This document shows, piece after piece, positions 49,827 to 58,825 of a DNA stretch of 64,000 nucleotides; within the stretch, counting starts at the first letter, position 1, and every line of letters begins with the position of its first letter. The notes beneath the pieces were generated by a model that did no database searches, had not been told where the DNA came from, and worked only from the letters and a program-made list of their open reading frames with translations. The stretch spans positions 160,001 to 224,000 of the forward strand of contig CAVTHO010000007.1 in assembly GCA_963734545.1 (NCBI GenBank). Reading direction: 5' to 3'. Source of the stretch: an uncultured Spirochaetota bacterium (GTDB lineage Bacteria; Spirochaetota; Spirochaetia; SZUA-6; Fen-1364). The position numbers and the translations under genes are program-made.

Positions 49827-52015
49827 TGGCAGTTGCCGGAATGCCGCTCGGAGCGGCCGCGGGCATCGACGAGGCGAGGCTCCGCAAGGCATTCCTCGAG
49901 GAAGCGGAGGAGCTCAGCCAGAAGCTCGGGAACTCCCTGCTCGCCCTCGAGACGGACAAGGGCAATACCGAGCTGGTGAACGAGGTCTTTCGCCTCACCC
50001 ATTCGCTGAAATCCGAGTCAGCCCTGATGGGCTTTACGGCACTCTCCGAGCTCGCGCACAGGATGGAAGACGTGCTGGGCACTGCGAGGGAGGGGCGGCT
50101 CACGCTCGAAAAGCCCGTCATGGACGGGATTTTTGCCGGTTCCGACATGATTGCCGAGATGATGGCCGCGATCTCGAAAGGCGGCAGTGACGCTGATTTC
50201 GATATTTCAGCGATTCTTCGGGAGCTGTCCCTTGCGGCCGGTCGAGGCGGGGGAAGCTCTGCGGAAGCCGCCGCTGCGCCCGGTCCAGGGACGGAATCGG
50301 CGTCCGAAACCGAGCTGGGCGAGTTTGAAAGGCGTCAGCTCACCGAAGCGCGTGACCGCGGAGAGACGTTGTACAGGGTCACCATCAGCGTGGACCCGGC
50401 GGAGCCGATGAAGTTTCCGCGGGCGTACCTCGTGTTCTCCAATCTCGAGCTCGTATCCAACGTGGTCAAGGTCGTTCCCCCGATGAAAGGGGAGCCGGCC
50501 GCGGACGCCCGTTATGCAACAACGACACTGCTCGTGACCTCGGCGGGAGGCGATGAAGGACTGCGCGCGGCCGGCGCCGTGGACCAGATCTCGAGCCTGC
50601 GCATCGATCGCTGCCGGTACGAGGAGTACCTTGCGTCGAGCCGCGGCGGATCGGCCGCCGCTTCGGATGGGATTTCGTCCGCGGGGCGGCACACGCGCCC
50701 GGACGCCGGTTCGGCGGCGGGAGGAGGCGCGGGAATCGCGCATGGGCGCGAGGAAATGGTCCCCGGAGCCGCGTCAGGCGGGCAACCGGGAACTGCCCAA
50801 CCGCGCCAGGAGCGCGAGGGAATGCTGCAGGCGGCAGCGGCCGTGGAAAAGACCTCCATCCGCGTGGACACGCGCAAGCTGGACGACCTGTGGAGCCTCA
50901 TCGCGGAGCTGGTGCTGCACAAGTCGCATATCGCGCGGCTCTCGGATGACCTGGGGCATGGCGCCGACGTGCATACGGTCCGCGAGGAGCTGGTGGAGTC
51001 ATTCGATTCCCTGGACAAGATCTCCAGCGGGATGCAGCAGGTGATGATGGACACGCGCATGATCCCGATCTCGGTCATCTTCAGCAAGTTTCCCCGGCTG
51101 GTGCGTGACCTGTCCAGAAAGCTCGGGAAGCCGGTCGAGCTCGTCCTCTCCGGTGAAGAGACGGAAATCGACAGGAGCATCGTCGAGGCGCTTTCCGATC
51201 CGCTCACCCACATTATTCGCAACTCGCTGGACCATGGCATCGAGTTTCCCGAGGAGAGAGTGCGGCGGGGCAAGAGCGAGAAGGGGCGCGTGAACGTTTC
51301 GGCACGCAGGCAGGGGGGCAACATCGTCATCGAGCTCGCCGATGACGGTCGGGGAATGGACAGCGAGCAGATCCGCCGGAAGGCCCTCGAGATGGGAATC
51401 CCCGGCGCCGCGCACTTCAGCGAGGCTCAGCTCCTGGAGCTGGTGTTCCTGCCGGGCTTCAGCACCAAGGATGTGGTCACGGATGTCTCGGGGCGCGGCG
51501 TCGGCATGGACGTGGTGGCCAACCGCATACGGGGCGAGCTCAAGGGCGACGTGGTGCTGGGAACGCAGCCGGGCGGGGGCACCCGCGTGACGCTGCTCTT
51601 CCCGCTGACGCTCACCATCGTCAATGCGCTGCTCGTCCGCGGTGACTCGCAGTTGTACGCCATCCCCCTCACCGATGTGGACAGCACCGCCAAGCTTCTT
51701 GCCACCGAGATCCGTGGGGAGGAGGGCAAAGAGTACTCTTCTTGGATGGACGACGCGATCCCCGTTTTTTCCCTGGGGGCGCTTTTCGGAAAAGGCCGGC
51801 ACAAGACGGAAGAATACTTCGCCACCGTGCTGCGGCATGGCGACAGCAAGGCTTTTCTGGTGGTCGATGAGTTGATCGAGGAGCGCGATATCGTCATCAA
51901 GCCCGTGGATGACCTTCTCAACACGCAGCGTCTGTTCTCGGGGGTTTCGGTGCTGGAGGATGGGAGACTCGTATTCATTCTGGACACCTCGTTCATCCGC
52001 AGGGAAAGGGTCTGA
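49826..52015 (+). CDS. cheA: Chemotaxis kinase CheA
   Basis: Hpt FRLTHSLK, IRVDTRKLD, HIIRNSLDHGIE, DDGRG, GRGVGMDVV, C-terminal CheW-like domain. Confidence 0.96.
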   Translation: MAVAGMPLGAAAGIDEARLRKAFLEEAEELSQKLGNSLLALETDKGNTELVNEVFRLTHSLKSESALMGFTALSELAHRMEDVLGTAREGRLTLEKPVMDGIFAGSDMIAEMMAAISKGGSDADFDISAILRELSLAAGRGGGSSAEAAAAPGPGTESASETELGEFERRQLTEARDRGETLYRVTISVDPAEPMKFPRAYLVFSNLELVSNVVKVVPPMKGEPAADARYATTTLLVTSAGGDEGLRAAGAVDQISSLRIDRCRYEEYLASSRGGSAAASDGISSAGRHTRPDAGSAAGGGAGIAHGREEMVPGAASGGQPGTAQPRQEREGMLQAAAAVEKTSIRVDTRKLDDLWSLIAELVLHKSHIARLSDDLGHGADVHTVREELVESFDSLDKISSGMQQVMMDTRMIPISVIFSKFPRLVRDLSRKLGKPVELVLSGEETEIDRSIVEALSDPLTHIIRNSLDHGIEFPEERVRRGKSEKGRVNVSARRQGGNIVIELADDGRGMDSEQIRRKALEMGIPGAAHFSEAQLLELVFLPGFSTKDVVTDVSGRGVGMDVVANRIRGELKGDVVLGTQPGGGTRVTLLFPLTLTIVNALLVRGDSQLYAIPLTDVDSTAKLLATEIRGEEGKEYSSWMDDAIPVFSLGALFGKGRHKTEEYFATVLRHGDSKAFLVVDELIEERDIVIKPVDDLLNTQRLFSGVSVLEDGRLVFILDTSFIRRERV
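50736..50825. repeat. Family B copies in the CheA linker
   Basis: TCGCGC-ATGG-GCGCGA-GGAAATG (50736) and CCGCGCCAGGAGCGCGAGGGAATGC (50801-50825, 24/25 identical to 48809-48833). Confidence 0.85.
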
Positions 52016-52026
52016 CAGGAGGCTTC

Positions 52027-52394
52027 ATGGGCGCAACGATTCTCATTGCGGATGACCTCTCGTTCATGCGCATGATCCAGAAGGAAATACTCACCGAGCG
52101 CGGCTACACGATCGTGGGCGAGGCCACGGACGGCCGCGAAGCCGTGGACAAATTCAAGACCCTCCGCCGGATCTCGTGCTCCTGGACATCACGATGCCCA
52201 ACATGAACGGTCTCGAGGCCATGCGCAGGATTTTCGCGCTGGAGCCAAAGGCAAAGGTCATCATGTGCTCGGCCCTCGGCCAGCAGAACCTGATCGTGGA
52301 GGCCATCAAGGCCGGCGTCAAGGACTTCATCGTCAAGCCATTCAAGCCGGAAAGGATTCTCTCCGCCATCGAAAAGGCGCTCAAGGTCACCTGA
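52027..52394 (+). CDS. cheY: Response regulator CheY; frameshift near 52167
   Basis: ILIADDLSFMR, LLDITMP, MCSALGQ, DFIVKPF; SD AGGAGG. Confidence 0.93.
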
Positions 52395-52403
52395 AGCCCG
52401 CAG

Positions 52404-52442
52404 AAAAAAAAACGGTATGCCTGGACGTCAATAGCATACCGT
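52404..52442 (-). terminator. Intrinsic terminator for the PBP-maf transcript
   Basis: 9-bp stem ACGGTATGC/GCATACCGT followed by a T9 run on the minus strand. Confidence 0.75.
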
Positions 52443-52499
52443 GTTATGAAAAGAGGAAATGATCCTCACCAGAGAAGATCGGCGGGCAGCGGAGAACCT

Positions 52500-54347
52500 T
52501 TAGGAGAAAAGCCCGGCCGTGTCCTCTCCCGGTGCCATCGCCCTCCCCAGAAGCTTCTTTTGCCATTCCGCGGACCCCGCAATGCCTTCATAGATGGCGG
52601 TACTGCGGGCCACGATCTCCTCGGGACTGGACGCGCGATCTCCTTCGCCGGAAATGCCATGGATGATCGACTGGATCAGGAAACCCGCGATGTTGCGCGC
52701 GGAAACCTCGAGGATGCCCCTGTCGACCTCGTCCAGTTCGCGCAGGCAGGGGCCGGGATCACCGCGGCCCGCGATGATCCGTCCCAGCGTCCGAGAGAGC
52801 TCGAGACCCCGCAACGCGGTCGAATGGAGTCTCTCCAGTTGCGATCCGAGATGCTCGACCGCCGTGGAGAGCCTGTGCGCCAGCCGCTCCCGGGTGGCCG
52901 GGTCCGGCCGCATCCCCCGCACACTCTTCATCCGCTCCGCGATCTCCGGCCTGACCACCGGAAGGCCGCACACCTCCTCTATCGCGGCCAGGGGCATTCC
53001 CTGGATGGCCGCACTGTCGGGGGAGAGGGTGAATGATCTGACATCGGATCGAATCATGAGCTGATTTTCGAACCACCACTTGTAGAGAAGCATCCTCCGA
53101 TCGGTGGGCGTGACACCCCCGGAAGCGGAGCGCACGGGGAAAAGCCCGATTTCGTGCAGGAAGCGGAAGGAATTGCCTTCGAGCGGGGCAAGACGACTCG
53201 CGCCGCTCCGCCAGAGCTCCTCCGCATAGACTCCTCTGCAGTGGGTCCTCATGCCGGGAAAGCCGAGGTCGAGCCCCGCCGTGTAGATCGGATTCGCGCC
53301 AAGGAGCCTTGCAAGGTCCCACGCGGAAGTAGCCACGGAGCCGCCTGCCCCCAGCTTGCCCTTCTCCCCCACTGCCGCCTCGAGAGTTTCCCCGAGTGGA
53401 AAAAGAGAGCTGCAAAGGAAGTACGAAGCGCCCGGCCTTCGGAAGACCCGCGGATTGGCAGACGGCTCCACGACCAGCGCGCCCTCCGCGCTCGCGGTCC
53501 AGTCCAGGTAGCGCGATGCCCAATACTGCGGGTCCACGACCACCGTAAAGTCCGGCTCCACCCCCGCTTCCCGGCAGGGCTTCAGAGGCGTATTCACCGC
53601 TATGAGGAGAGCGTGCCTGCTGAGCTCGCGAAGGCGATGGCTGATGCTGTCCAGCGAGGGGCCTCCCGCGACAACGACAGCGGGGATGCCCCGGAAAAGG
53701 CCGGTGAGAGCCGCGACACCGGGGTACGCGAGGAATGAGCGCATGTTGCGCGCCAGATTTCGAACCCAGAGCCTGCCGAACCTGTTGAGCGTGTTGATGT
53801 TGATGTCTCTCCGCAAAAGCCAGGAGCGTACCACTTCCTCCGCGGCCCGATACGCGTCAGGGTCGTTCTCCTGGGAAGGGCGGAGTCGAAGGAAGCCGGG
53901 CTTTGCCAGGGGAAGAGACTCCAGGAGCGGCGGAAGACTTTCCGGCGTGCTGCCGACGTGCAGGAGAATGCCCCGGTCCGAAAGAAGAGGGGAAAGGTCC
54001 CTGGCCGAGAGCGCGGCACGAAACACCTCGATGTTCGGTTCGACGACGAGCAGGGGCAGACCAGGAAATCGGGTCCGTGCAGCCTCCGTGCCGTACCCCA
54101 GGCCAAAACCGAGGATGATGACGGCAGTTGCCGCAGGGTCGATCTCCTTCTCTGCCTGAATGGCGGCGTCCCGCCGCGGATCGTAGCGGCTGTGCAGGAA
54201 AATGCCGTCCAGAGTCGCCGTAGGATGACCCGAGGGTGTGGCCTCCAGGTGCACCCGGGAAGCTGATTCTGCCGACTTTTCGAGAATAACGCCCGTCTGC
54301 GGGTGATACGCGGCGAGGATCCGCAGGTTCCGGTCTCGGATACTCAC
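52500..54347 (-). CDS. Motility-associated factor (Maf/DUF115) glycosyltransferase family protein
   Basis: FLHSRYDP, GFGLGY, VAGGPSLD, PDFTVVVDPQ, GGSVA, GLDLGF; GTG start overlaps the PBP stop. Confidence 0.85.
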   Translation of the reverse strand: MSIRDRNLRILAAYHPQTGVILEKSAESASRVHLEATPSGHPTATLDGIFLHSRYDPRRDAAIQAEKEIDPAATAVIILGFGLGYGTEAARTRFPGLPLLVVEPNIEVFRAALSARDLSPLLSDRGILLHVGSTPESLPPLLESLPLAKPGFLRLRPSQENDPDAYRAAEEVVRSWLLRRDININTLNRFGRLWVRNLARNMRSFLAYPGVAALTGLFRGIPAVVVAGGPSLDSISHRLRELSRHALLIAVNTPLKPCREAGVEPDFTVVVDPQYWASRYLDWTASAEGALVVEPSANPRVFRRPGASYFLCSSLFPLGETLEAAVGEKGKLGAGGSVATSAWDLARLLGANPIYTAGLDLGFPGMRTHCRGVYAEELWRSGASRLAPLEGNSFRFLHEIGLFPVRSASGGVTPTDRRMLLYKWWFENQLMIRSDVRSFTLSPDSAAIQGMPLAAIEEVCGLPVVRPEIAERMKSVRGMRPDPATRERLAHRLSTAVEHLGSQLERLHSTALRGLELSRTLGRIIAGRGDPGPCLRELDEVDRGILEVSARNIAGFLIQSIIHGISGEGDRASSPEEIVARSTAIYEGIAGSAEWQKKLLGRAMAPGEDTAGLFS

Positions 54348-56242
54348 CGGAGCTCCAGGACGATCTTCGTTCCGTTCACGATCTGCGTGCCGGGGGGAGG
54401 GTCCTGCTTCGCGACGAACCCGCTTCCCCTGATCGTGACGGAGATATCCTTTCTCAGGAGCAGAGGGAGGAGCAGCTTCATCGGCGTCCCAGTGAGGTCG
54501 GGCATCACGGGCCCGATCTCGACCTGCTTCGGGGCAGGGGCGGGGACCTGTCCCGGGGCGGAAACCGCCTTTGCTCCTGCCCGCGGAATGCCCAGCTGAT
54601 CTATGAGGCCTACGGCGATATCGTGGAAAACGGGCGCGGCGAGCGTTGAGCCGTAGTAGCTTTCTCCCTTGGGGTTCTGGATCACTACATAGACGATGAG
54701 CTGGGGATCGTCGGAAGGGAAAATGCCTATCATGGAGGCAACGAAATCGCTCTCCGAGTAGGTCCCGGTCTGAGGATTGGCCACCTGGGCGGTCCCTGTC
54801 TTGGCGGAGATCCTCACGCCCTCGACCGCCGCCCTGCGGGCGGTTCCTGCCGGTGCGGTGGCAGTCTCCATCCAATCGAGCATTTTCCGCGCCGAATCAG
54901 GGGAGACGGCTTCCCAAAGCGGCTCCCGGCCGAACTCCTTGACGACTCTGCCCTGCGGGGAGACGATTTTCTTGACGATGAGGGGCTTGAGCAGGACTCC
55001 GCCATTGGCGATTGCGGATGCCGCCGCAAGCACCTGGACCGCCGAGACTGAGATCTCCTGTCCCATCGCGATGGTCGGCTTGGAGCGTGCGGACCACTGT
55101 GCCACCTTCCGCACCAGTCCGGGCGTCTCCGCCTGCAGGGGCAGGCCGGTCGGCCTGCCGAACCCGAACAGGGTGATCATGCGGAAGAAGCTGTCGTTGT
55201 CCGTCGTGTCTGAGGCATACGCCGCGCCCGCGTTGCAGGAAAGCTGGATGATTCTCTGGGGCGTCACATCACCGTGCGGCGCGATACAGCGGATACGGAT
55301 CGTTTCGCCGCTGGGGAGTCTCTTCTCATAGTAACCGGGACAGAAGAAGTGGCTGTCCGGCGTGATGGCGCCAAGGTCCAGAAGGGATGAGAGCGAGAAG
55401 ATCTTGAACACGGAGCCCGGTTCATACGCGAGGGTCAGTGGTCGGTTCACCAGGGAATTGGGATCGATTTGCGGCGACTCCTTCTGGAACTCGTTGGGGT
55501 CGAAATCGGGCAGGGCGGTATATGCGAGGATCTCTCCCGAATGCGCATCCATGACGAGGACCGTCATGGAATCCGCCTTGTCCCCCGTCAGGGCGGCACG
55601 GGCGACTTTCTCCACGAGGTACTGCATATCCAGGTCGATAGTGAGGAAGACCTGGTTGCCGTAGACCGTGTCGGTGTCTTTGCCGACAGGCTGCGGGGCA
55701 AGATCGTTGTTGAAAGTGTACTCGATGCCGTCCAGCGCGACACTGTCCGCCCCCACGTAGCCTACCACGTGCGAGGCAAGCCTTCCCTGGGGGTAGAACC
55801 GTCCGGAATCCTCTTCCAGGCGGACTCCCGACAACTTGCCTTCGCCCTTCAGCCGCTGGATTTCAGCGGACTCCGCCGGCGTGATTCTGCGCTTGATTAC
55901 CGCGTAGCCGTCGTGACGGGCAATGTTGCCCAGGATTGCGCTTTTCTCCATGCCCAGGGCCTGGGAGAGGAGCCCGGCCGTCTGGTCGGCGTTCGTCACC
56001 GAGGGAACCCACACGGACACGCGCTGGAGCTGGGTGGAAATTGCAAGAATCCGTCCGCGTCGGTCCAGGATGTTTCCCCGCTGCACCTCGGGGAGCACGA
56101 TCGTTTCATCGCCTTCCCGCGCAGGGAGCACCACGGTGAGCCGGACGAGCTGCACGATGAGGGCGGCCGTAATGAGAGCGAGCAGGGAGGCGAAAATGAA
56201 AAGGCGCCTTCTGGCGCGTACCTTTTCGCTGCGGTCGATCAC
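54344..56242 (-). CDS. Class B penicillin-binding protein (FtsI-like) with C-terminal PASTA domain
   Basis: RGNILDRRG, RFYPQG, EPGSVFK (SxxK), SCN (SxN), KTGTAQ, MPDLTG; SD GGGAGGGG before GTG 56242. Confidence 0.93.
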   Translation of the reverse strand: MIDRSEKVRARRRLFIFASLLALITAALIVQLVRLTVVLPAREGDETIVLPEVQRGNILDRRGRILAISTQLQRVSVWVPSVTNADQTAGLLSQALGMEKSAILGNIARHDGYAVIKRRITPAESAEIQRLKGEGKLSGVRLEEDSGRFYPQGRLASHVVGYVGADSVALDGIEYTFNNDLAPQPVGKDTDTVYGNQVFLTIDLDMQYLVEKVARAALTGDKADSMTVLVMDAHSGEILAYTALPDFDPNEFQKESPQIDPNSLVNRPLTLAYEPGSVFKIFSLSSLLDLGAITPDSHFFCPGYYEKRLPSGETIRIRCIAPHGDVTPQRIIQLSCNAGAAYASDTTDNDSFFRMITLFGFGRPTGLPLQAETPGLVRKVAQWSARSKPTIAMGQEISVSAVQVLAAASAIANGGVLLKPLIVKKIVSPQGRVVKEFGREPLWEAVSPDSARKMLDWMETATAPAGTARRAAVEGVRISAKTGTAQVANPQTGTYSESDFVASMIGIFPSDDPQLIVYVVIQNPKGESYYGSTLAAPVFHDIAVGLIDQLGIPRAGAKAVSAPGQVPAPAPKQVEIGPVMPDLTGTPMKLLLPLLLRKDISVTIRGSGFVAKQDPPPGTQIVNGTKIVLELR

Positions 56243-56319
56243 GGACAGCGTTCCCCTCCCCCGGACGCTAAATAGTAATATGGGCCGCAACAAATGTCGA
56301 TATGGTGGTAAGAGCAGCT

Positions 56320-57777
56320 ATGATCACAGTCCTCCAGCGCCAGAACGTGAGCAAGCGCGCGGCTCCTTCCGTGCACATGAGAGCACCCTCCCACGGTGTG
56401 AGCTGGAGCGGTATCGACGCGTCCGCGGCTCCGCGAGCCCCTCTCTCCCGCGCAGTTCTTGCGTCGCAGGTCCCTGCAAAATCGCGGGTACCGTTTTTTC
56501 ATCCTGCCGGAGAGCACAGCTTTCTGCAGGGTCAGCTCATACGCGGCACGAAAAGACGCGCGGCCCGGAAGGCGGCGCGGGAGGCTCGTGCAAGGAGCGC
56601 CCCGGCCCAGAATTCGTGGGGCTCCGCAGCGCAAGATCCGCATCGCGATACCTCGCGGATTCCGCATCGCGATACCTCGCGGATTTCGCATCGCGGTACG
56701 CCGCGGATTCGGCATCGCGGTACGCCGCGGATTGGGCGGGGCAGCGCGGCATGGAGACGATCAGGCCAACGCTTGAGAGGACGCACGGAAGGCGGCCTGA
56801 CCCGAAATCCGAGGAATACCGCGATGCGAGGGCTCGCGCGCGCCGTGGCCAGGCGGCCATGGCTTCTTGTCGGATTGATCATCGTGGCCCTGGCGCTGGT
56901 TCTCTTCCCCGCCTTTGGTCTGGCCCGATTGCCTGTTGTACAGACACGTCCGGAAATTCCTTCACCCCCTGAAGTAGACCAGGCGCTGTACGGCATTCTC
57001 GTGCCGGAGCAGGTCTCGCGGCAGGAGAGCGATATCAATCCCGTGCTTCTCACGAGCCTGAAAGTGACACCCTACACGACCAGGTCCGGTGATTCCATCT
57101 CCACGATTGCTGCACGATTCAAGCTGAATATCGATACCATCGTGAGCTGGAACGGCATCCGCGACGCGCGCAGGATCGCGGCAGGAACAGCCCTGGCCAT
57201 CCCCAATGCCAACGGGCTGAAATACTCGGTGCGCCGCGGCGATACCCTCCAGGGCATCGCCCTTTCCTCCGGAATCGAGCTGAACAATATCCTCGACTGG
57301 AACAGGCTTTCCAGCTCGGTGATTTCCGTCGGGCAGGAGCTGTTCCTCCCGGGCGCGCGCATGAAGACAAGCGACCTGAACAGGATCCTGGGAAACCTGT
57401 TCATCTATCCCGTGCTGGGGAGGATCAGCTCGTATTTCGGTGAGCGGGCGGACCCTTTTACGGGGACAGAGAGGGTACACAACGGGGTCGACATCGTGAA
57501 CAAGCCTCTCACGCCGATCGCGGCGGCGATGGACGGGACGGTTGCAGGGGTCGGCTTCAACAATAATTACGGCAACTACGTGATCCTCAAGCACTCCGGC
57601 TCCTACCAGACCTTGTATGGACACCTGACGCGGTATCTCGTCTCTCGAGGACAGAAGGTAAGGCAGGGACAGGAGATCGGCGAGCTGGGCACCACCGGGT
57701 ACAGCACGGGACCTCACCTGCACTTCTCGATTTTCCACAATGGCGAGGCGGTTGACCCAATGCGTTTCCTAAAATAG
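56320..57777 (+). CDS. LysM x2 plus M23 peptidase with long basic, repeat-containing N-terminus (start uncertain)
   Basis: TM helix, GDSISTIA and GDTLQGIA LysM domains, HNGVD and GPHLHF. Confidence 0.88.
   Translation: MITVLQRQNVSKRAAPSVHMRAPSHGVSWSGIDASAAPRAPLSRAVLASQVPAKSRVPFFHPAGEHSFLQGQLIRGTKRRAARKAAREARARSAPAQNSWGSAAQDPHRDTSRIPHRDTSRISHRGTPRIRHRGTPRIGRGSAAWRRSGQRLRGRTEGGLTRNPRNTAMRGLARAVARRPWLLVGLIIVALALVLFPAFGLARLPVVQTRPEIPSPPEVDQALYGILVPEQVSRQESDINPVLLTSLKVTPYTTRSGDSISTIAARFKLNIDTIVSWNGIRDARRIAAGTALAIPNANGLKYSVRRGDTLQGIALSSGIELNNILDWNRLSSSVISVGQELFLPGARMKTSDLNRILGNLFIYPVLGRISSYFGERADPFTGTERVHNGVDIVNKPLTPIAAAMDGTVAGVGFNNNYGNYVILKHSGSYQTLYGHLTRYLVSRGQKVRQGQEIGELGTTGYSTGPHLHFSIFHNGEAVDPMRFLK
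56640..56735. repeat. Family A, 4 tandem units (GCATCGCGRTACSYCGCGGATTNS)
   Basis: Units at 56640, 56664, 56688, 56712; encode HRDTSRI/HRGTPRI; an inverted single copy lies at 56806-56827. Confidence 0.95.
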
Positions 57778-57787
57778 AGTAGGGCCG

Positions 57788-58807
57788 GTGAGCACACATC
57801 GAGAACGTCTGCGGAACTACTTCACGATGCTCAAGGCGAGGCTGCTCATCCCTCTGCGCGCGCAGATCATGACCGCGGCGGCGCTGCTCCTGGTGACATC
57901 CGTGGTCCTGCTCACCCTCGACGCGCGGCTGCCATTCCCTCCTCCTTCCGAGAACATACTCTATGACCCGAGCGACTGGTCCCTCCTGTTCGCAAATCCC
58001 GCGCGCCAGCCGGTACGGCAGGAGAGGAGCGCCGCTTCCTCCCCTTCGGTCGGCGGCTATTCCACACTGCAGTCTCCCCTGGCGATCCTCCTGTACACGG
58101 TGAAACCGGGAGACACGATCAGCGGCATCGCGACCAAGCTGGGGATGACCACGGATACGATCTCCACATTCAACAGGCCCGAAGGGCGCGGAGTGCACAC
58201 TGTGACGGTCGGGGAGCAGATCAGGATCCCCAGCCAGGATGGAATCTATCTCACTTTGAGCGGCGACTTCGACGAGCTGTGCAGAAAGAACAAGGTGTCA
58301 CCGGAGGAGGTCCTCGCGGCCAACTCGTTGACCCGAGAGGGGCTTGCCCAGGGCGTGAAGCTCTTCTTCCCCGGTGTCCAGCATGTCGGGTACGCGCTGG
58401 CGCTGCAGCAGGGCGTCGGCGTCGCCCTTCCGCTTCGCGGCTGGGAGACTTCCGCATACGGCCGCCGGGCCGACCCCTTTACGGGTCTGCCGAGCAGGCA
58501 CAGCGGGGTCGATATCGCGGCCCCGATGGGCGCTCCCATCAAGTCGGCGAGCAGTGGGAGGGTCAGGGCAGCAGGGTGGGACGACATGCTGGGCAACTAC
58601 GTCGAGGTGCGCGGTCAGATGGGGTACAGCTACGTCTATGGACACATGAGCAGGATCGAGACCGCGGCAGGGGCCTGGGTCTCCACCGGCCAGGTTATCG
58701 GGCGGGTGGGTGACACGGGCTATGCCACCGGTCCTCATCTGCATTTCGAGGTCAGGAAGTTCGGCGTCCCGCAAAATCCGAGATTTTATCTCCCGGGAAT
58801 CCGATAA
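57788..58807 (+). CDS. LysM plus M23 peptidase
   Basis: YTVKPGDTISGIA, HSGVD, ATGPHLHFEV. Confidence 0.9.
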   Translation: MSTHRERLRNYFTMLKARLLIPLRAQIMTAAALLLVTSVVLLTLDARLPFPPPSENILYDPSDWSLLFANPARQPVRQERSAASSPSVGGYSTLQSPLAILLYTVKPGDTISGIATKLGMTTDTISTFNRPEGRGVHTVTVGEQIRIPSQDGIYLTLSGDFDELCRKNKVSPEEVLAANSLTREGLAQGVKLFFPGVQHVGYALALQQGVGVALPLRGWETSAYGRRADPFTGLPSRHSGVDIAAPMGAPIKSASSGRVRAAGWDDMLGNYVEVRGQMGYSYVYGHMSRIETAAGAWVSTGQVIGRVGDTGYATGPHLHFEVRKFGVPQNPRFYLPGIR

Positions 58808-58825
58808 TTCCATAGAGGTCCTGGA

